A stretch of DNA of 64,000 nt from an uncultured Chloroflexia bacterium (GTDB lineage Bacteria; Chloroflexota; Limnocylindria; Limnocylindrales; CSP1-4). The position numbers and the translations under genes are program-made. Each line of letters begins with the position of its first letter. Position 1 is the first letter of the stretch. This document shows positions 17,897 to 27,223 of this stretch, in pieces. The notes below the pieces were generated by a model. That model ran no database searches. It was not told where the DNA came from and worked only from the letters and a program-made list of their open reading frames with translations. The stretch spans positions 1 to 64,000 of the forward strand of contig CAVYBU010000002.1 in the NCBI GenBank assembly GCA_963766735.1, written 5' to 3'.

Positions 17897-19174
17897 ATGG
17901 CCCTTGCAGAGCACATCACCGACGAGGCGGTCGCGGCTGCCAAGGCCCACTCTCACGCGGAGGTGGAGCCGCGGCACGTCCTGTGGGCCATCGTCCGTAT
18001 GTTGCGCGAGGGGTCGCCCCCTGATCTCACGCTGGGCGTGGTGCGCCCGTACCTCGCACCGGACGGCACGTCGGTGGCGACGCCCGTGGTCTCCGCCACG
18101 GCGCAGGCAGCCATCGATGCCTGCACCTCCAACGAGGCTGCGATCGCGCAGGCGCGCGCGATCCTGGCGACGCTGGTGGCCGCGGGCCCGGGTGCGGACC
18201 ACGGCGCCCCAACGGCCCGCACGACGTCGGATGCGACGGCCGCGCCGCCGGCCACCGAGGCGACCGCGGAACAGGTTGCGAACGGGGCGCCCGCGCCCGC
18301 GGCTGACCAGGCCGAGACCATCGCCGCGCTGCTCGCGGAGCTGGACGCGCTCGTGGGCCTCGCCACGGTCAAGGCCGAGATCCGCAAGCTCGTTGCCGTC
18401 CAGCGCCTCAACGCGGAGAGGAAGGGCCACGAGCTGCCCGAGGTCACGGGCTCCGCCCACCTCGTGTTCACGGGAGACCCGGGCACCGGCAAGACCACCG
18501 TCGCCCGCATCGTCGCGCGGCTGTATGGGGCCCTGGGCCTTGTCGAGCGCGGTCACATGGTGGAGGCGAGCCGGGCAGACCTGGTGGCAGGCTACGTGGG
18601 CCAGACGGCGCTCAAGGTCCAGGAGGTGGTCCGCAAGGCGATCGGCGGTGTCCTGTTCATCGACGAGGCGTATGCCCTCTCGGACGGCGACAACCAGGAC
18701 TTTGGCGGCGAGGCCGTGGCCACCCTGGTGAAGATGATGGAGGACAACCGCTCCAACCTTGCCGTGATCGTGGCCGGGTACCGCGACGAGATGTGGACGT
18801 TCATCCGCTCCAACCCCGGTCTCCGCAGCCGGTTCACGCGCTACATCGACTTCCCCAACTACTCGACCGCGGAGCTGGCCCGGATCTTCGAGGCGATGGC
18901 GGACACGGCGAAGGTGCGGCTGGAGGACGGCGTGGCGGCCCGCGTGTGCCTCCGGCTCGACGCGGCGATCAGCGTGGAGGACTTCGGCAACGCGCGCTAC
19001 GTGCGATCCCTGTTCGAGCAGGCCTACGCGAACATGGCGGCGCGGGTGCTGGCGGACGACACCATCGATGCCACCGAGCTGGACACGATGATGGCGGACG
19101 ACATCCCGACGAGTGACCCTGCGGCAGGCGACGCGCCCCGGAGGATCGGGTTCCGGGCAGACACGGGACACTAG
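17897..19174 (+). CDS. CbbX/SpoVK/EccA-type AAA+ ATPase with a Clp-N-like N-terminus
   Basis: LVGLATVK, HLVFTGDPGTGKTT, DLVAGYVGQTA, GGVLFIDEAY, NPGLRSRF, FGNARYVR, C-terminal RRIGF. Confidence 0.88.
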   Translation: MALAEHITDEAVAAAKAHSHAEVEPRHVLWAIVRMLREGSPPDLTLGVVRPYLAPDGTSVATPVVSATAQAAIDACTSNEAAIAQARAILATLVAAGPGADHGAPTARTTSDATAAPPATEATAEQVANGAPAPAADQAETIAALLAELDALVGLATVKAEIRKLVAVQRLNAERKGHELPEVTGSAHLVFTGDPGTGKTTVARIVARLYGALGLVERGHMVEASRADLVAGYVGQTALKVQEVVRKAIGGVLFIDEAYALSDGDNQDFGGEAVATLVKMMEDNRSNLAVIVAGYRDEMWTFIRSNPGLRSRFTRYIDFPNYSTAELARIFEAMADTAKVRLEDGVAARVCLRLDAAISVEDFGNARYVRSLFEQAYANMAARVLADDTIDATELDTMMADDIPTSDPAAGDAPRRIGFRADTGH

Positions 19175-19178
19175 GACC

Positions 19179-20915
19179 ATGGCGACCGACGAAGGCGAAA
19201 CCTCGCGACCTGAATCGTCGCCGTCGAGCCGCGGCGTGCGACCGGTGCTCGTCGCCTTTGGCAGCGTCCTGCTCCCGGGTCTCGGCCACCTCCTGATCGG
19301 CAGCCGCCGTGCTGGCATGCTCTTCCTCGTCCCGACCCTCCTGGCCCTCGCGGTCGTGGCCGCCTGGGCGCTCTCGGCCGGGGTCTACGGGGTCGCCGCG
19401 GCCGTCGTCGCGCCGGGCGTCCTCACGTTCCTGGGCGCGGCCAACATCCTGGTCGCCGGCTGGAGGACGGCCGCGGCGGTCGATGCCGTGGGGCGGACAC
19501 ACCCGCGACCGGGGTCGATCGCTGCGTCCGCGATCGTGGTCGTCCTCGTCGTGGGCGTCCCGTTCCTGCTGGCGGCCAATGCGATCAACGCGGCCTCGGA
19601 TTTCCTCGACACCACCTTCGCCGAGGTGGCGCCGACCCCGACCCTCGAGCCGACGGCGACCGTTCCCCCGACGCGGAGCCCCAGCGCCACGCCGTCGGGC
19701 GGGCCGGCCACGCCCAGCCCGTCCGCATCGGCCACGCCCAGCCCCTCTCCCACCCCTGAGATCGCCCAGTACCCGACCGACGGTGGCAACGGCACCTTCC
19801 CGGCCTTCGACGCCGAGGTCCCCTGGGACCGCCCGGGCGCCGAGCCATGGGGCGACGACGGACGCTTCGACCTGCTGCTGCTGGGCTCCGATGCCGGCAG
19901 CGGCCGGTGGAGCCGCAGGGCCGACACCATGCTTCTGGTGGAGGTCGACGTGAAGTCGGGCGCGGTGGCGATGGTGGGCTTGCCGCGCAATCTCCAGAAC
20001 GCCCCGTATCCCTCCGGGCCCGCGCGCAACGCCTCACCCTGCGGCTGCCAACTGGGCCTGCTCAACGAGATGTACGTCGAGGCGACAGCCAGGAACCCAG
20101 GCCGCTGGCCCGGCAGGGGCTCCGTCAAGGGCATCGGCGCCATCCGGTCCGTGGTGAGCGAGATCACAGGTCGCCCGATCGACGCCGTGCTGATCGTGGA
20201 CCTGGTCGGCGTGATCCGCGTGGTGGACGCCATCGGTGGCATCGACATCAAGGTGCCCGAAGCCGTGTATGACGACAACTACCCGGACCCCGCCAAGGGC
20301 AGGATCAGGCTCCGCATCAAGGCAGGCTCCCAGCACTTCGACGGCCGGACGGCTCTCGCCTACGCGCGCAGCCGCCACCAGGACTCTGACTACGGCCGCA
20401 TGGAGCGCCAGCAGGTCCTCCTGCTCGCCATCCGGCAGCAGCTGGGACCGGCGACGATCCTCTCCGGCCCGGCCCTGTTCGGCGCGGCCAAGGGCGCCGC
20501 GTGGACCGACCTTCCGCGCGAGAGCCTGCCGGCGCTCGTCGAGCTGTTCGGGCGGGCGGCCGAGGCGAAGGTCAGACAGTTGCGGATTGTCCCTCCGCGC
20601 TACCCGTCGTGGCTGACGGCCGCGTGGGTCACGCAGATCCGCCGCGACGTCGCCGCATTGCTGCCGGGGACTCCCGCTCCGACGAGGTCGCGGTATCCGC
20701 TTCCGGTCGCCCGGCCGACGCCGAAGCCGAAGCCGAATCCCGCGCCCACGCCGACGGTCGCGCCATCGGTGCTGCCCTCGGATGACCCGTCGGCCGGACC
20801 GAGCGACCCGCCGACGCTGCCGCCAACGCCGACGCTGCCGCCAACGCCACCGCCGGTCACGCCGCCGCCCCCGACTACCGGGCCAACCCCGGAGGCACCT
20901 CCTTCGTCGGGGTGA
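19179..20915 (+). CDS. LCP (LytR-CpsA-Psr) family protein
   Basis: LLLGSD, RADTML, LPRN, ALAYARSRH, DSDYGRMERQQ; multi-TM N-terminus and Pro/Thr linkers. Confidence 0.88.
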   Translation: MATDEGETSRPESSPSSRGVRPVLVAFGSVLLPGLGHLLIGSRRAGMLFLVPTLLALAVVAAWALSAGVYGVAAAVVAPGVLTFLGAANILVAGWRTAAAVDAVGRTHPRPGSIAASAIVVVLVVGVPFLLAANAINAASDFLDTTFAEVAPTPTLEPTATVPPTRSPSATPSGGPATPSPSASATPSPSPTPEIAQYPTDGGNGTFPAFDAEVPWDRPGAEPWGDDGRFDLLLLGSDAGSGRWSRRADTMLLVEVDVKSGAVAMVGLPRNLQNAPYPSGPARNASPCGCQLGLLNEMYVEATARNPGRWPGRGSVKGIGAIRSVVSEITGRPIDAVLIVDLVGVIRVVDAIGGIDIKVPEAVYDDNYPDPAKGRIRLRIKAGSQHFDGRTALAYARSRHQDSDYGRMERQQVLLLAIRQQLGPATILSGPALFGAAKGAAWTDLPRESLPALVELFGRAAEAKVRQLRIVPPRYPSWLTAAWVTQIRRDVAALLPGTPAPTRSRYPLPVARPTPKPKPNPAPTPTVAPSVLPSDDPSAGPSDPPTLPPTPTLPPTPPPVTPPPPTTGPTPEAPPSSG

Positions 20916-21016
20916 ACCGGACGCGACCCGTCCGAGCACCATCGGCACCCGGGACCGAGTGTCGCCCGCGACCGGGCGTACGCTGATCGCGAACAGCCGC
21001 ACGCGAGGATCCCGCC

Positions 21017-21478
21017 ATGCCCGTCCATCCCGACGACCTGGGGTTCCTCGAGATCGTGATCGAACAGGCCCGCGCCGGTCTCGCCGAGGGAGGCGTTCCC
21101 ATCGGGGCCGCCCTGGTTGCCGATGGCAAGATCCTCGGGGCCGGTCGCAACCGCCGGGTCCAGCTGGGGAGTGCGATCCACCACGGCGAGACGAACGCGC
21201 TCGAGGTGGCCGGTCGCCTGCATGCGTCCGTCTACCGCCGGGCAACGATGTACACGACGCTCTCGCCGTGCGACATGTGCACCGGCGCGATCCTGCTCTA
21301 CGGCATCCCGCGCGTGGTCATCGGTGAGAACCGCACGTTCCAGGGCGATGGCGAACGCTACCTGCGTTCCCGCGGCGTGGAGGTGGTCACGCTGGATTTG
21401 CCGGTCTGCAAGCAGCTGATGGACACGTTCATCGCCGCGCACCCGGACGTCTGGAACGAGGACATCGGCGAGGAGTGA
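21017..21478 (+). CDS. Zinc-dependent cytosine/nucleoside deaminase (Fcy1-like)
   Basis: GGVPIG, HGE, and TLSPCDMC zinc motif. Confidence 0.88.
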   Translation: MPVHPDDLGFLEIVIEQARAGLAEGGVPIGAALVADGKILGAGRNRRVQLGSAIHHGETNALEVAGRLHASVYRRATMYTTLSPCDMCTGAILLYGIPRVVIGENRTFQGDGERYLRSRGVEVVTLDLPVCKQLMDTFIAAHPDVWNEDIGEE

Positions 21479-21540
21479 CGCCGGGCCGCCGGTCCGCGAT
21501 CCCCGGGCCCCAGGCCCGCCGCGACCCGACGCCCGCGCAC

Positions 21541-22875
21541 CTAGTGCGCCTCGGGCTCCTGCATCGGCAGGTAGAGCACCGCGATCGTGAACAGCAGCGC
21601 CCCGAACGCCAGGACGCCCGTCACCACCAGCCACTCGATGGCGGTGGGTACGTACCAGTAGCTCTCGGCGAACGACGATCCCGTCTGCGCCACGCCGATC
21701 GGCAGGCCTGGCGGCAGGTCGAGGTTGGGGACTGACAGCCCGTTGAGCACCAGGTTCAGGCGATGGGTGAAGATGCCGACGATCGCGATGGCGGACGCGA
21801 TCGCAACCCACACGGGCCGCTGCCGCAGGGGCCGGATCACGAGGATCAGGAACGGCACGCCCAGGCCGACGACCACCTCGATCAGGAACAGGGGCAGGTA
21901 CGGGCCGGAGAGCATGCGCGCCGCGGCCGCACCCTCGGGAGCGCCCGGGTAGAGGGCCGTCAGGTACTCCGCGAGGATGAGGAACGCCTCCACGACGATG
22001 AACGTGCCCAGGAGCCCGCCGAGCATCGCCACGAGGTCGTTGGCGAACGAGAGCCGTCGCAGGCGCCGGAGCGTCAGGGCCAGCAGGATCACCAGGCCCA
22101 GCCCGGAGACGAGGGCGGACGCGATGAACATCGGCGCCATGATCGAGCCGTACCAGAACCCGCGGCCGATCTGGAGCCCGAAGATCCAGGCCGTGATCGA
22201 GTGCAGCAGGATCGCCGCCGGCAGCGCGACCCAGGCCATGACGGTCTTCGCGCGCTCCTCGCGGGCCATGGTCCGTTCCGAGGTTCCCGTACCGAGCGCG
22301 AGCCAGGACCCCCGACGCGCGAGGTCCGCCCGGGCGTAGAGCCAGACGTACGTCGCGGACATCCCCATGTAGACCATCACGATCGCGATGTCCCAGACCA
22401 TGGGCGACGACACGTTGAAGTAGAGGGGGATGTTGAGGAAGCGCTCCGGTCGCCCGAGGTCCGGGAGGATGAACGTCGCCGCCAGCACGACCGCGATAGT
22501 CGCCTCCAGGACGGCCAGGCGGGTGATGGGCTTGAAGGCCTTGACCCCGAACAGGCGCCCGGCGGACGCCACGATCAGGCCGCCGGCGGACAGGCCGACG
22601 AAGAACATGAAGAACAGGATGTACTGGCCCCACATCACGATGTTGCGCATGCCCGTGACCACGAGGCCGTTGGCGAACTGGTAGCCGAAGGCGCCCACGC
22701 CGATGGCCATCAGCACCAGGAGCAGGGCGATCCACGCGACGAGGGGGCCGCGCCTGATGTGGATCTCCGGCCCGGGGACAGCCGGGGCGGCGGGGGAACC
22801 CGGGGCAGCCGGTCCGGCGGGGGCGGTGGGAACGCCCGGTGCGGCCGGGTTGACCGAGGGGGTGGCCGCGCTCAC
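21541..22875 (-). CDS. nrfD: NrfD/PsrC-family membrane anchor subunit
   Basis: WGQYI..F.FFVGLSAGG, DLGRPER, SPMVWD, HSITAWIFG; about 10 TM helices; GTG start overlaps the upstream stop. Confidence 0.88.
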   Translation of the reverse strand: MSAATPSVNPAAPGVPTAPAGPAAPGSPAAPAVPGPEIHIRRGPLVAWIALLLVLMAIGVGAFGYQFANGLVVTGMRNIVMWGQYILFFMFFVGLSAGGLIVASAGRLFGVKAFKPITRLAVLEATIAVVLAATFILPDLGRPERFLNIPLYFNVSSPMVWDIAIVMVYMGMSATYVWLYARADLARRGSWLALGTGTSERTMAREERAKTVMAWVALPAAILLHSITAWIFGLQIGRGFWYGSIMAPMFIASALVSGLGLVILLALTLRRLRRLSFANDLVAMLGGLLGTFIVVEAFLILAEYLTALYPGAPEGAAAARMLSGPYLPLFLIEVVVGLGVPFLILVIRPLRQRPVWVAIASAIAIVGIFTHRLNLVLNGLSVPNLDLPPGLPIGVAQTGSSFAESYWYVPTAIEWLVVTGVLAFGALLFTIAVLYLPMQEPEAH

Positions 22876-23585
22876 AGCGGGCTCCTTCGGCGCGGCGGCA
22901 GGTATCGGACGGCGGGCCGCGTTCCGGCCTCCTCGAGCAGCTGCTCCCCCTCGCGCTCGCGGATCAGGGTGACCATGCGGCCATCGGGATCGTTGTGGTC
23001 GCCGAAGACGCGCGCGCCGGTGGGGCACGACCACACGCAGGACGGGACCTGGTCCTCCGCCAGACGCTGGACGCACATCGTGCACTTCTCCACGGTGCCC
23101 AGAGGCCGGGCCTCCACCATGCCGGTCTCGTGCGGCGTGGGCCGGGACGGGGCGCCCCAGTTGAAGTTCCGGACGCCGTACGGGCACGCGATCATGCAGT
23201 AGCGGCAGCCGATGCACCGGTCGTTGTCCTGCATGACGATGCCGTCGGCGCGGTGGTAGGTGGCCTGCACCGGGCAGGACTTGACGCACGGGGCGTTCTC
23301 GCAGTGCTGGCAGGCGAGCGGCAGCCAGTGCATCTCCAGGCCGCCGCCATCGGTGACCATCGGCTGGTCAAGCGCCTCGCCCTCTGTGAGGATCCGGTTC
23401 CACCACATTCCCAGCGGGACGTCGTTCTCGCTCTTGCAGATGACCGCGCAGGACCAGCAGCCGATGCACCGCTCCTGGTCCACGACCATGCCCCAGCGGG
23501 GCCTGTCGGAGCGCGCGCCGATCTCGCCCCATGCCCGCGACGCGGGGCTGAGCGCCTCCACCGGGGAGACCTTGGGGTCCGCCAT
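22872..23585 (-). CDS. Four-cluster 4Fe-4S electron-transfer subunit (DmsB/NrfC/PsrB family)
   Basis: CIGCWSCAVIC, CQHCENAPCVKSCP, CIGCRYCMIACP, KCTMC...CVWSCP. Confidence 0.92.
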   Translation of the reverse strand: MADPKVSPVEALSPASRAWGEIGARSDRPRWGMVVDQERCIGCWSCAVICKSENDVPLGMWWNRILTEGEALDQPMVTDGGGLEMHWLPLACQHCENAPCVKSCPVQATYHRADGIVMQDNDRCIGCRYCMIACPYGVRNFNWGAPSRPTPHETGMVEARPLGTVEKCTMCVQRLAEDQVPSCVWSCPTGARVFGDHNDPDGRMVTLIREREGEQLLEEAGTRPAVRYLPPRRRSPL

Positions 23586-26119
23586 CAGGCCCCTCCCGCC
23601 TTCTCGATCTCGCACCGGCAGTCCTTCCAGCCGGTGGACGGGCACCAGATGTTGCCCACGTAGTGGATCTCGTGGATGGGGTTGACCGCGGACGAGGTGA
23701 GCTCGTTGACGCCCTTGCCGCTCTTGAACTGGCGTGGCCACCAGCCCTCGTACAGGGTCGCCGAGCCCGGCTGCTGGGTGGGGGTGATGTGCGCCCAGGC
23801 CACCACCTCGCCCCGGGTGTTGAAGACGCGGATCTCATCGCCCGTCTCGATGCCCCGCGCGAACGCGTCCTGGGCCGAGATGAAGACCTCCGGCCTGCCG
23901 CCATGGATCTCGCCCAGCCACGCGTTGTTGGCGTAGGAGCTGTGGATCCGCCATTTGCTGTGCGGCGTGAGCAGGGCCAGGGGCCAGTCCTTCGGGTCAT
24001 GCACGGTGTCGTCGAAGGGGGGCTTGTAGGTGGGGACCGTCTCGGACAGGTCGCGGAACCGCTGCTCCTCCTTGTAGAACTCGATCCGGCGGGTCGGGAT
24101 GAACGCGGCCGTTGCCGCGAGGGGTGCCGGCAGCGAGCGGGGTGGGAACGGGGCCAGCGTCTCGATCTCCGTCGCGAACGGGATGTCGGGGTCGCGGACC
24201 CTGAGCCGGACGGGCCCGGCCTTGAGCTGGGCCAGGGTGATCCCCTCCGTCGGCCCGCCGGGGACGTCGCCCGCGGCCAGGATCGCCTCGATCGCCGCCT
24301 CCTCGTCCATCTCGAAGAACTCGGCCGCCTGGGCGGGATCCAGCCTGCGCACCAGCTCGCGCCACATCCAGAGCTCGGAGCGGGACTCGCCCACGGGGTC
24401 GATCGCCGGCTGCTGGAGCTGGAGGAAGGGGTGGAGCGGGGTGGCGGTGAGATCCGTCTTCTCGTACCAGGTCGTCGCCGGCAGCACCACGTCCGCCCAC
24501 TTGACGGTCTCGGTCATCTGGTGGTCCACCACCACGACGAGGTCCAGGTCCGCCAGCGTCTCGTGCAGCCGGTTGACGTCCATCGCCTGCACGAACATGT
24601 TCGCGAACGTGCACACGAGGCCATGCCAGCCCTGTGCCGGGTACGGCACGTCCGGGTGCATCGTCTCGGTGCGGCCGCGGACGAAGTAGATCGACGGGAC
24701 CACGTTGGCCTTCGTCCCGCCGGGGTTCCACCAGGGCGAGGTGTCCACCCGAACCTTGTACTGGCCCACGTAGACGGAGAACCCGCCGCCCGACTTGCCG
24801 ATGTTGCCCGTGAGCGAGGCGAGGAGCGCGAACGCGCGCCCCGTGAGGTCTCCGTGGTACCAGTGGTTGGAGCCGCCGCCCATGAGGATGGCCGCGGGCT
24901 TGGCGCCCGCGTAGGCGCGCGCGACCTTGACGATGAGGTCCGCGTCCAGGCCCGTGACATCCGCCGCCGCCTCCGGGGTCCAGCGCGCCAGCTCCGCCTG
25001 GACGAGGGCGAACCCGGGCGTCGTGCCGATGACCGACCCGTCGGCCAGCGTGACGGTCCACATCCCGTCCAGCGCCGGCCGGACGCCCTCCGGGAACCCC
25101 AGGCGGTCCGTTCCCACGATCGCAGGCGCGGCGGCCGCGGTGTCCCAGACGGCGAACCTGTCCGGGGAGCCGCCGTTCACCAGGTCTGCCTCGCGGATCC
25201 GCACGCCGGTGTCCTCGCGCACGAGCAGCGCGGCGTCGGTGTACGTCGCCATGAAGTCCGCGTCCCAGGTCCCGTCGGCGATGATCTGCCGGCACATCGC
25301 GAGGGCAAGGGCGGCGTCCGTCCCGGGCCTGATGCGCAGGTGGGCGTCGGCCTTGGCGGCGGTGGAGGAGTAGCCCGGGTCGATCACGACCAGCTTGGCG
25401 CCGCGCTCCACCGCGTCGAAGATGAAGTGGACGTCCGGGATCCGGGTCTCGACGGGGTTGGAGCCCACCAGCAGCAGGAACCGGCTGTTCGCCCAGTCCT
25501 TGGCCTCGTGCTCCGCGTTCTGGACGCCGAACGTGATCGGCATGCCCATCGGCAGGTCGCCGTTGAAATCGAAGCTGGTGCCGTGGGTCATGCCCAGGAG
25601 CGCGCAGGCGCGGTAGTTGGCGCCCTTCTGGACGTAGCCCGAGCCCGGGACCTGGTCGAAGACGTGGATCGAGTCCCAGCCCCACTTCTCGCCGATCGCC
25701 CGCAGGCCGTCCGCCACCGTGTCCAGGACTTCGTCCCAGGTGGCCTCGCGGAACTCTCCGGAGCCGCGTTCGCCGGTCCGGATGAGCGGCTTCATGATCC
25801 GGTCCGCACCGTAGATCTGGTTGAGGTACGAGAGCCCTTTCATGCAGCCGCGCGGGTTGTACGCGTCGTCCGGGTAGTCCGCCGCCTGCTGGATCTTCAC
25901 CACCACGCCGTCACGGACGAAGGCGAGCTGGCCGCAGCTGCCGGTGCAGTTGGGCGAACAGGTGGTGCGGACCACCTTGTCCACTGGCAGGCTGCCGGGG
26001 ACCTCGAAGTCCCGAGCGGCCTGTGCGGTGCCCGCGGCCTGGGGCAGCAGGCCGGCCACCGCGCCCGCGGCGGTCCCGGCGGCGGCACCCTTGAGGAAGG
26101 TCCGGCGATCGATGCCCAT
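23585..26119 (-). CDS. Tat-exported DMSO-reductase-family bis-MGD molybdoenzyme, catalytic subunit
   Basis: Tat signal DRRTFLKG; FS0 motif CSPNCTGSC...NPRGCMKG; FDFNGDLP; ADVVLPATTWYEK; PHSKWRIHS. Confidence 0.92.
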   Translation of the reverse strand: MGIDRRTFLKGAAAGTAAGAVAGLLPQAAGTAQAARDFEVPGSLPVDKVVRTTCSPNCTGSCGQLAFVRDGVVVKIQQAADYPDDAYNPRGCMKGLSYLNQIYGADRIMKPLIRTGERGSGEFREATWDEVLDTVADGLRAIGEKWGWDSIHVFDQVPGSGYVQKGANYRACALLGMTHGTSFDFNGDLPMGMPITFGVQNAEHEAKDWANSRFLLLVGSNPVETRIPDVHFIFDAVERGAKLVVIDPGYSSTAAKADAHLRIRPGTDAALALAMCRQIIADGTWDADFMATYTDAALLVREDTGVRIREADLVNGGSPDRFAVWDTAAAAPAIVGTDRLGFPEGVRPALDGMWTVTLADGSVIGTTPGFALVQAELARWTPEAAADVTGLDADLIVKVARAYAGAKPAAILMGGGSNHWYHGDLTGRAFALLASLTGNIGKSGGGFSVYVGQYKVRVDTSPWWNPGGTKANVVPSIYFVRGRTETMHPDVPYPAQGWHGLVCTFANMFVQAMDVNRLHETLADLDLVVVVDHQMTETVKWADVVLPATTWYEKTDLTATPLHPFLQLQQPAIDPVGESRSELWMWRELVRRLDPAQAAEFFEMDEEAAIEAILAAGDVPGGPTEGITLAQLKAGPVRLRVRDPDIPFATEIETLAPFPPRSLPAPLAATAAFIPTRRIEFYKEEQRFRDLSETVPTYKPPFDDTVHDPKDWPLALLTPHSKWRIHSSYANNAWLGEIHGGRPEVFISAQDAFARGIETGDEIRVFNTRGEVVAWAHITPTQQPGSATLYEGWWPRQFKSGKGVNELTSSAVNPIHEIHYVGNIWCPSTGWKDCRCEIEKAGGA

Positions 26120-26120
26120 C

Positions 26121-26351
26121 TCAGCCGACCGGCGGGGTCGGGCGGGATCGCGGGCAGCGGGGATCCAGCATCGCGTGATCCGCGGAGCCGCACAGGGCGC
26201 AACTGTCCGTGCTGGTGCCCTGCGCGGGAGGCCGCATGCCCGCGATGGCTCCACCCACGGCGGTGGACGCCGCGCGAACCGCACGCTCCGAGACGGCGAA
26301 GGCCGACGCGGCCCCCGCGGCGGCGAGGAGACGGCGGCGCGTGATCGGCAT
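26121..26351 (-). CDS. Small (76 aa) twin-arginine protein with a CxxC-x4-H-x6-C motif
   Basis: GGAGG 9 nt upstream of the ATG; MPITRRRLLAAAG signal; CALCGSADHAMLDPRC; stop lies 1 nt before the molybdoenzyme ATG. Confidence 0.65.
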   Translation of the reverse strand: MPITRRRLLAAAGAASAFAVSERAVRAASTAVGGAIAGMRPPAQGTSTDSCALCGSADHAMLDPRCPRSRPTPPVG

Positions 26352-26623
26352 CGGCGTGAACCTCCGGTGGGACGCCGGGCACCCTGGCTCCCCGGCGGAT
26401 CCCCCCGAATCTGCCGTCCCCGGCACCGGGGGATCAGGGCCGAACGGACCGACCGACGGGCCGGGTGGTCTCGGCAGGCCCGTTCCCGGTGGGCGGGCGG
26501 AGGTGATCCGCGGAACGGTCGATCTTCCCGGGCCGGGTAATCTCAGTCGGCCAAATGGCCCATCCGCGTCGTGCCGACCTGCGTCGGCTGCGGCCCCCGG
26601 GCGGCAGCAGCAGGAGAACACGC

Positions 26624-26947
26624 ATGACGATCTGTCTCCCGGTCACCCCCGACGGTCGCGTCGATGGCCACTGGGGAAGGGCGCCACGTGTCGCCGTGGC
26701 GCACGTCGACGGTGGCGTGATAACCACCTGGGAGGAGCACGACGTCCGCTGGGACGAGCTCCACGACGTCGGGACCGCGGGCGGTCACCACGGGCGGATC
26801 GCGCGGTTCCTCGTCGAGCAGGGGGCGACGATGGTCATCGCCGGTGGCATGGGCCCGCCGATGATCCAGATGCTGGGCAAGATGGGGATCGAGGTGCGCC
26901 TCGGCGTGGCCGGCGATGCGCGCCTGGCGGTGACGGCGGCGGGCTGA
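26624..26947 (+). CDS. NifB/NifX (Nitro_FeMo-Co) family protein
   Basis: ICLPV..DG.VDGHWGRAP, GGMGPPM...LGKMGI; AGGAG RBS. Confidence 0.82.
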   Translation: MTICLPVTPDGRVDGHWGRAPRVAVAHVDGGVITTWEEHDVRWDELHDVGTAGGHHGRIARFLVEQGATMVIAGGMGPPMIQMLGKMGIEVRLGVAGDARLAVTAAG

Positions 26948-26983
26948 GTCCCCCGCGCGACGACCTCCTGGCCGCGACCGGCC

Positions 26984-27223
26984 CTACTTGGTCTTGGCGG
27001 CCACCTGCTTGTCCACCTCGTCGCTGATCTTCTGGTCCCGGCGCGACTTCGCCCGGCGGACGAGGATGATCCCGATCACCCACGGCCACAGCCAGCTGAC
27101 GATGGCGCCGATCACGACGATGACCCCGTACTTCGCCGCCGGATCGGCGCTCATCGTGTCCGCCGCGAGCAGCAACAGGTACGTGACGATGGCCCCAAGG
27201 GTGACGCCGATGAATCGCTGCAT
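26984..27223 (-). CDS. Small hypothetical membrane protein (2 TM)
   Basis: 79 aa, two hydrophobic helices and a charged tail; GAGGAGG RBS. Confidence 0.65.
   Translation of the reverse strand: MQRFIGVTLGAIVTYLLLLAADTMSADPAAKYGVIVVIGAIVSWLWPWVIGIILVRRAKSRRDQKISDEVDKQVAAKTK

Noticed and set aside
17897-19174. RuBisCO activase CbbX or type VII secretion EccA
   Set aside because: No cbbLS or esx/ecc genes are nearby and there is no TPR N-domain; only the AAA family assignment is supported.
26624-26947. Evidence of nitrogen fixation
   Set aside because: The NifX-like domain is widespread in non-diazotrophs and no nifHDK genes are in the window.
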